Positions 55,966 to 64,000 of a stretch of 64,000 bases of DNA are shown one piece after another. Under the pieces are notes generated by a model. That model saw only the letters and a list, made by a program, of their open reading frames with translations. It had not been told where the DNA came from and made no database searches. The position numbers were made by a program, and so were the translations under genes. How positions within the stretch are numbered: the stretch's first letter is position 1; every line of letters starts with the position of its first letter. Source of the DNA: Octopus vulgaris (Eukaryota). The stretch spans positions 40,920,001 through 40,984,000 of the forward strand of contig OX597820.1 of the NCBI GenBank assembly GCA_951406725.2, in the 5' to 3' direction.

Positions 55966-58283
55966 CATGTGTGTATATGTGTATATATACATATCTGTGT
56001 GCGAGTGTGTGGATATAAATATATAAGTGTATATAACAAATAATCGATCAACAAACAAAAGGAAAAAACTAATAATAATAATAATAATTGTGATTTCTTT
56101 TATTTTTTAATTTTTTTAAATAATAATAATATTAATAATAATAATAAACATAACAAATAACAATAATAAGAAGAACATCAATAACAAAAAAAAACAATAA
56201 GAATAGCAATAATAGAAAACAGCCACCAGGACAAAATAATTGTGTAGCGCGCCATCTATCTTGATTTATTACCTGTTAGTTATTCACGCCTACAACCGCT
56301 ACCACTACAGCCAGAACAGTCACAACCACCACCATAAGCTTACCACTACTGTTGCTAACTACTACCTCAGCCAACAGAACCACTTCCAGTAATATTAGCA
56401 TTGTCACCTCTATAAGTACTACTACCGTGATCACCATTAATACCGCCAACGTTACCGTCTCTGCACTATTCTGCACACCCACTATCACCAACGAGTACCA
56501 CCATCACTACACCACAACCACTTCCACTACCACCACCACCATCATCACCTTCACCATCGTCGTAAGCAACACAATTACTATCGAAAGCACCATCACCACC
56601 TTAGCTACCATATTGTCATTTTAAATATCATCAGCTATGCCAACGTCAACACCTCCAACACCAACACATCTTCTTGAAGATCTATCTTCACGAATTCTTC
56701 TAACACCATCACCACTACCACCTCCTCCACCACCACCACCACCACCATAGCATCTATCAGTGTCGCCAACTCCAAACTAACAACACCGACACCATCGTAA
56801 CCAATGCCACAACCCGGAGCACAACCATCATCACAGTGAATGCCACCATCGAGCATATAAATTCCATCAGGATACCAACACCATAAATATCACTAAGAAG
56901 ACACCAGTATATTCAGCATCATTATCACTAAGACCACAACTAGTGTCTCCACCACAACCGGTGCCACCACCACCACCACCACCACTACAACTAGTGACAA
57001 CAAAACCACTAACACCGCTACCAACGTCAAAAGCCAGTCCACCATCATTTATAAATCTCATTTGTTTTACCGCTACCACCACACCGATAACAACAACAAC
57101 AACAACAACAGCAATAACAACAGTGATAAACGTGGTCATGACTAGCATAATCACCACGAGCCAGCACAACTCCCGCCAACGCCATCACCTAATCCACCAT
57201 CACCACAATTAACATCATCGCCAACATCAACACTGTCAACACATTCATTACTAACTACTCTGGTTATTCTAAAAATTTATAGTAAAATATATATCCATTT
57301 TATGTACGTATGTATGTATGTATGTATGTATGTATGTATGTATGTATGTATGTATGTATGTATGTATGTATGTATGTATGTATGTATGTACAAATATACA
57401 TACATTCATACATACGTTTGTACGTGCATGTGTGTTTGTGTGTGTATGAGTGTATGTGATAGAGTGATTACTTCAAAATTCCGATGTTTCTTACCCCTCC
57501 CTTTTTAATGTTATTTTAGTTACTTTTGCTTTTGTATTACTATCTATTGGATGTTACCTTCTTTTCTTGTTCGTTTTGACGTTTGTTTTTCCTTTATTGT
57601 ATTGAAATGTTTGTTTGTCTTCGTGTGTTTTGTATATACACACACATATAAATACGTATATCTGTGTATATGTGAATATATATATATATATATATGCCTC
57701 TTAATGTTTTTATATGTTTGAGTTGATGTTTTTATGTTGGTATTGATTTATTCTATTTTACTGTTGTTATCTCTGTATATTTGTCTTTTCCACACGTCAT
57801 TGTGTTGCTTTAGGATTTATACCAGTATTGTGGTCGTGGGCAGAGTGGAGAAGCAAATGAGGGGGTTTCAGGTTATTGGTGTTATTTGGATTATCTCTGG
57901 TGTTGGTGGTGGTGGTAGTGGTGGTGGTGGTGGTGGTACCGGTGGCTAGTAATGGTGATGACATTTAATGGCGCTAGTGGTGCTGTTTAAAGTTTCCTTT
58001 GTGGTAGTAGTTAGAGTAGTTATTAAATTGTGGTTGTACTACTGTTGTTTTATGGAAATTATTGTTGTTGTTGCATGGTGGCTGTTGTAGAGGTGTTTAA
58101 TGGTGGTTATAGTAGTAGATATAGTATATATATTAATGGAGCCTGTAGTAGGGTGGTCTCATGATGACTGTAGTCGTAGTAGTGTAGTTTAATGGTAGTG
58201 TTTTCAATATCATAGTTTAATGGTACTTGGGGCAGTGTGGCTTAATGGTGGCTGTTATAGAAGTGGCCGTTATAGAAGTATAG

Positions 58284-58451
58284 TTTAATGGTGGCCGTTA
58301 TAGAAGTGTACTTTAATGGTGGCCGTTATAGAAGTGTACTTTAATGGTGGCCGTTATAGAAGTGTACTTTAATGGTGGCCGTTATAGAAGTGTAGTTTAA
58401 TGGTGGCCGTTATAGAAGTGTACTTTAATGGTGGCCGTTATAGAAGTGTAG
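58284..58451. repeat. Minisatellite, six copies of the 28-bp unit TTTAATGGTGGCCGTTATAGAAGTGTA(C/G)
   Basis: Units start at 58284, 58312, 58340, 58368, 58396 and 58424. Degenerate copies extend on both sides. Confidence 0.95.
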
Positions 58452-59159
58452 TTTGATGATAGTTATAGAAGTGTAGTATAATGGTGATTGTAGAAGTGTA
58501 CTGTAATGATGGTTATATTAGTGTAGTTTAATGATATCTGTGCTATTATTGTTTAATACTGTCGGTTGTAGCAGTGTGATTAAACGATGCATGTTGCAAT
58601 GTGATTTCCTGGAGGTTGTTTACGGTACTGTAGTTTTTGATGATAGCTGTTGTGGCAGTAGCTTTCATAGTAGTTGAAGTACTGTTACTTAATTTTGCTG
58701 AATATATTAGTTAATGGTAACTATAGTGCTATTGTTTAATGAGGGACAAGAGTTATTAAATAGAATCTGTTATCACTTAATGCTGGTGTTTAAAGTTTAG
58801 ATTAATGGTGTGCTTAATACTGGTTTAAAAGTAAATTGCGGAAGTGGTGTTCAATAGTATCGTTGGTGGCAGTGATATTAGTAATGTTATTAAATCCTGT
58901 TGCTTGTTGTTGTGATAGTTGTTTAAACTAAGGTCAGTACCAGTCTAGAAGACCTACGGACAAAAGTGAAGTTGCGCCCTTGACCGCTTTTTTTAAAAAT
59001 ATAGTTTATCAGTCACTATATTATGCAATGTGTTCTTTGGGTTTAAAATGTCAACGTGTGACATAAAGGGGCTGTTAAATGGTGGCAGAAGTGGTAATAT
59101 TTGCAATTTTAGTTGCGAAGCCTGTGTAGAGAACAGTGCTAATGTTATTAGCAGGGGAA

Positions 59160-59377
59160 AGCGGCGAGCTGGCAGAATCGTAAGCCCGCTTAGCAAAATA
59201 CTCAGCAGCGTTTCGTCCGTCCTTAAGTTTCTGAGTTCAAATTCCGCCGAGGTCAACTTTTCCTTTTATTCTTTCAGGATCGATAAAATAAGTACCCGTT
59301 GAGCAGTGGGGGGTCGATGAAATCGATTTATTCCCTTCCTCGAAATTGCTGACTTCGTGCCATAATTTGAAACCAAT
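59160..59377 (+). mobile_element. SINE family A (older tail type)
   Basis: GCGGCGAGCTGGCAGAATCG...GAGTTCAAATTCCGCCGAGGTCAAC...AATTTGAAACCAAT. Confidence 0.87.
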
Positions 59378-59758
59378 GTTTCTAGCGATTATGGTAGTGG
59401 AGATTGTTTACTGTTCTAGGTAAGAGCTATACTTTTTTTGTTTTATGTAGCGGCTGCAGTATTTTTTATGGTGATACACGTAGCAGGACAAGCAACACGC
59501 ATAAAAGAGAGACATTTTCTGTAGAGTACATTCTCTGTACTTTGACCACAACTCGGTTCACATCGAACAGACCAATGATTAAAAAGTACTTCAGTCGTGA
59601 CCTGTGAATCTTTCTTTTGAACAATAATATATGTAGGACTTACATCCTCTCATAAGTTCAGCCTTTTTTTAATATCTGAGCGAGATTTCGTTGCTATTTA
59701 AGCTAACTGGCCCAGTGATCACAAGAAAGTTAACTCGTTGGCTAGTAGTAGCAGTAGC

Positions 59759-59855
<97 letters not shown>

Positions 59856-60803
59856 ACAATAACTGAAGCAGCAGAAGCTATGTACAAACATCTTTGTTGC
59901 AACCGAGAGACATAAATCTGGTAATCGTTGTTGTATAAGAATAAGAATTAAATGCTATGTAGTAAATATAGTGGTTGTTCACTTCTTATTGTTGCTGTTA
60001 TTGTTGTCGTTGTTTAGTGCCAATCGACCCTGATCGAGCAGACCTACGATCAATGGCTTTCCAGTTACGACTGTCCTATCTTTATAAAGTTATTATAGTG
60101 TATCTAGGACTATATTATTCTGATCAGACACATGTTTCGTCCACCTTTTTTTTCTAAAAAAAAAAAGCAGTGGAATTTGTTAGAGATTTTGCTGCTATTT
60201 CTAGGAGGCCAAGTGGTGATGTAGAATTTCCTCAATGATTAATGCTTTTTAGTTTTGCCCTTGAATTTGATTTATTCCAGGTCAGCCCTGTTAGAGAAGA
60301 CCTATGATAAAAAGCATTCTGTCAGAGGCCATCCCGTCTTATTTATCTACAATTATCGTTTTTAGAACTATTTCCTTTAAAAAAAAATGATATTGTTATG
60401 ATTCGAAAGACAAGTTGGTGCCGTTTCTAGAAGGTCTACCGAAGACAACGTACAAATTTCCCTGTTGGTTCGTGAGGTTTATATTTTTGCCAGCGTTGTT
60501 GGTGATGGGTTGCTGGTGGTGAAAATGATTATATTACCATGGTTTCATTTGATGGTATTTAGAAAGGTAATAATGGATGGTATCGAAAGAGATAGTTAAT
60601 TATCGAGTTGAAAGGTCAAAGTTGTATTGCAGATCTATTTAATAGTGACAGATGGTGTCTCGATGTGGTGAAGGTAGTCGTGCCTAAGACGGTGGTGATG
60701 GTAATGATGGTGGTGGAAGTTACACTAATTCTGCTGAAGATGACCATAGAACGAGTAGCGGTTCTGGTGGTAATACTGATGATAATAGTAGTGGTCATAA
60801 TAG

Positions 60804-60854
<51 letters not shown>

Positions 60855-61820
60855 CGACGACGACGACGACGATGATGATGTCAGTCATATTAATGGCGTT
60901 TATGTTGATAGCTGGAGAAATAGAAGTAGTGGGAATAACGTTTCCGTCAAAAGAAGCTAGTTAAAGTAGTAGTACTCATGGTGGTGATAGCTGTGGTGCT
61001 GGTAGTGGTGGTATAGGAGGAAGTGGTGGTGGTTGTAGTGTGTGTTGGTGGTGGTGCTGCTGGCTGTAGAGGTGGGGGTGTTAGCATTGTTTGTTGGTGG
61101 CGATAGTATTTATTCCGGTAACACTTGATAGTAGAAACACTAGTGATAGTAGGTATCTAATAAGATAATACTATTGTTTATGCCATTTTTGTTGTTGCTA
61201 AATTGATGACTAAGCAGTAAATGTTAGTTAAGTGAACCTAAACAATGTTTATGCAATTAGGATAGCAAACAAAAATACTTCATAGTTGATGGCAAAATGT
61301 TAATGGGTGATAAAGGTTATGATGACGATGGTGTTGAGACTTGTGTTATTTCTAGTGCGGAGATGATTGTTGTAATTATTAAACAAAAGGCCAGGCATGA
61401 TCTAGTAGATCTGTGACCGGAGCCATTTCAGTTTTATAGTTTTCTTGAAGCGTGCATTTCAGAGCAAACTTTCCAATGCGCTCAATGCCGTCTTAAAAAC
61501 ATGTGTACACTGAACGCTCGCTCGTGGATACTCACGGATCATGGGACCAAGTTTTGATCTATGTATAATGTGGCTTGCTGTCAGTAGATAAATACTAAAT
61601 GGTCGAGTGCGTTGATTTGCTTGGGGGGGGGGGGAAACGTATAATACTGCAAAGACTGTCCTGGTGGTGTTTCCTCTCTCTTCCTCCCTCCCAACCACCT
61701 CTTTTTTAAGAGACAGCATGGTGTGGTATGAAACAGATTGAAGGGATACTCCAAGCAGATCAACCGACCAAAGTAAGATCCCTATTATTGGCTTCCTTTC
61801 GAAATCCTTCTCTAAATTAA

Positions 61821-61948
<128 letters not shown>

Positions 61949-62057
61949 TATAGGTATGAATGTGACCGACTGCTGGAAGATATAAAAGTTAAGTCTCGTA
62001 CTAAGTCAGCTCTATGGAAATTCTTAAATCAACTACTATGCGTCGTACTGTGGAAGC

Positions 62058-62195
62058 GTATGGCCTAATAGTTACTGTGCTGCACACATAATCGTAAGAA
62101 TATGGTTTCGATTCCTGGAGCAGGCGATGCGTTGCGTACTTGAGCAAAACACTTCATTTCATGTTGCTCCAGTGACTCAGCTGGCAAAATAATAA
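62058..62195 (+). mobile_element. SINE family C-type head/central part
   Basis: GTATGGCCTAATAGTT...GTTTCGATTCCTGG...CTTGAGCAAAACACTTCATTTCATGTTGCTCCAGTGACTCAGCTGGCAAAA. Confidence 0.7.
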
Positions 62196-62848
62196 CTATT
62201 CCTGCGAGAGACTGACGTGCCGTACAATGGAGGAATATAGTCATGGCAGAACCCAAGAAACCGGCTCTTAAGATACTATGAACTAGGAAGGCTCCTTGGT
62301 CCACTGATCTTTTCATATCTAGCAGTACTCTAACGGTCATATTATCAACTTAGAGAAATATACTAAAATGGATACACACTAGACTACCAACACACATTTT
62401 CTAACAAATAATCAATCCTTCAATACCACAACTACAATCATCACTAGCAAACGAGAATGGTTTACTAGCTGGTTACTCTTAAACTTCCTACTACTACTAC
62501 TTGGTAAATGTCTGTATGCTTGAATGCGTGTATGTACATATGTATTTCTTCTTTTATGCTTGTTTTGCTTGTCTGTCTGTCTATCTGTCTGCCGGCCTGT
62601 CAGTCCATCTCATAGACACTTTTCATTTTCTTTTTCTGACACTTAATTTTTCTGTTTACCTCTCGGCCTGCCAATATGAAACCTCAACACAACATACTTA
62701 TACACGCACGTGCGCGCTGCGTACACGCACGTATGCATACAACAGCACGTGGAAACAAGTGTATACATACATACATACATACATACATACATAAATACAT
62801 ACATACATAAGGAGCATACATACATACATACATACATACATACATACA

Positions 62849-62884
<36 letters not shown>

Positions 62885-62909
62885 CATATATATATATACA
62901 TATATATAT

Positions 62910-62979
<70 letters not shown>

Positions 62980-63126
62980 GGATGTCGATTTCAAACGTCT
63001 CTTCGCATGGATAACCATAAATAAACATTCATATACAAGTTTCTAAATTTCTCGAAAGGAAACCATAAACAAACATAATCACATTTTTTAAGATAGGCAA
63101 TGAACATATATGCATATGTATGTATG

Positions 63127-63160
<34 letters not shown>

Positions 63161-63178
63161 TGTATGTATGTATGTATG

Positions 63179-63212
<34 letters not shown>

Positions 63213-64000
63213 TATATTTATGTATGTATGTATGTATGTATGTATGTATTGGTGCTTATATCCATATATACACACACAATAATATAGCAGTTAGATGCAC
63301 AGACACTTAAACATATAGCGCGTAAAACAGATAATAACACGAAAATATCATACGACAAACAATACTCACACCCAGAAAGATACATACACACACACATACA
63401 CACACACTCATACACATTCATGTATATATATGTGCCTATGTATGTATGTATGTGTTTGGGCTAAAGAGAGACAGACAGACAAACAGATAGAGTGAGAGAG
63501 AAAGACAGAAAGAGACAGAGACATAGGTGAGTGAGTATATAAATATATGTGTCTGTGTGCGAATTCACAAAATATATTTTTTTATACTCTATGATAAGAT
63601 TTCAATTAATTTTGATTTACTCCTCACAAAACTGTCTCCAGCATTGTTTGTATATTTCTCGCACATCTACACCTCACTCCTTTCTTGTTAGCATTTTATT
63701 TCATTCATTCGTTGTTTTATTTTTAATATACCTTTTTTTTTTTTTCATTTTTTAAAAATATTTTAATATATTTTTCTCCATCATGTCCGCGTAAATATGT
63801 CTATTTATAATATATACATACATACATATATAAACATATATAATAATATAAATGATACATACATACACAGACACAGACAGACATACACACACCCACATAT
63901 ATATATACACCCCAAGCTTCACACACACACATATATGAATGTATTTACATTCGTGTATGTATCAGACTTTATTGTATGTGCATTGTGTACATCTCAAATA

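Noticed and set aside
58284-58451. CRISPR-like 28-bp repeats
   Set aside because: The units are contiguous with no spacers, there are no cas genes, and the context is eukaryotic. It is a minisatellite.

Overview
AT-rich eukaryotic (metazoan) genomic DNA saturated with microsatellites ((TA)n, (CA)n, (CATA)n, (GATA)n, (GAT)n, (TAG)n, (TCT)n) and tRNA-headed SINEs. The repeat families resemble those I recall from octopus genomes, so the organism assignment is an inference. Almost all ORFs in the supplied track are microsatellite artefacts. The only host coding sequence I can support is two minus-strand exons, 17583-17443 and 12167-11964. They have canonical splice sites and join in frame into a NOL4/NOL4L-like segment (acidic tract-ERLKAFN|[22 protein letters not shown]...[12 protein letters not shown]). 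The rest of the window is probably large introns of that gene. These contain several SINE families (nested, tandem and module-swapped), a structurally complete ~500-bp non-autonomous Helitron, mariner and LINE remnants, a ~200-bp near-perfect palindrome, a 28-bp minisatellite and two degenerate hammerhead-like motifs. I found no clear new protein-coding system. The most interesting leads are repeat biology (SINE copies joined at a fixed internal site, modular SINEs) and possible RNA-structure effects on the NOL4-like pre-mRNA (dsRNA, editing, circRNA). All of these are hypotheses that need RNA or comparative data.
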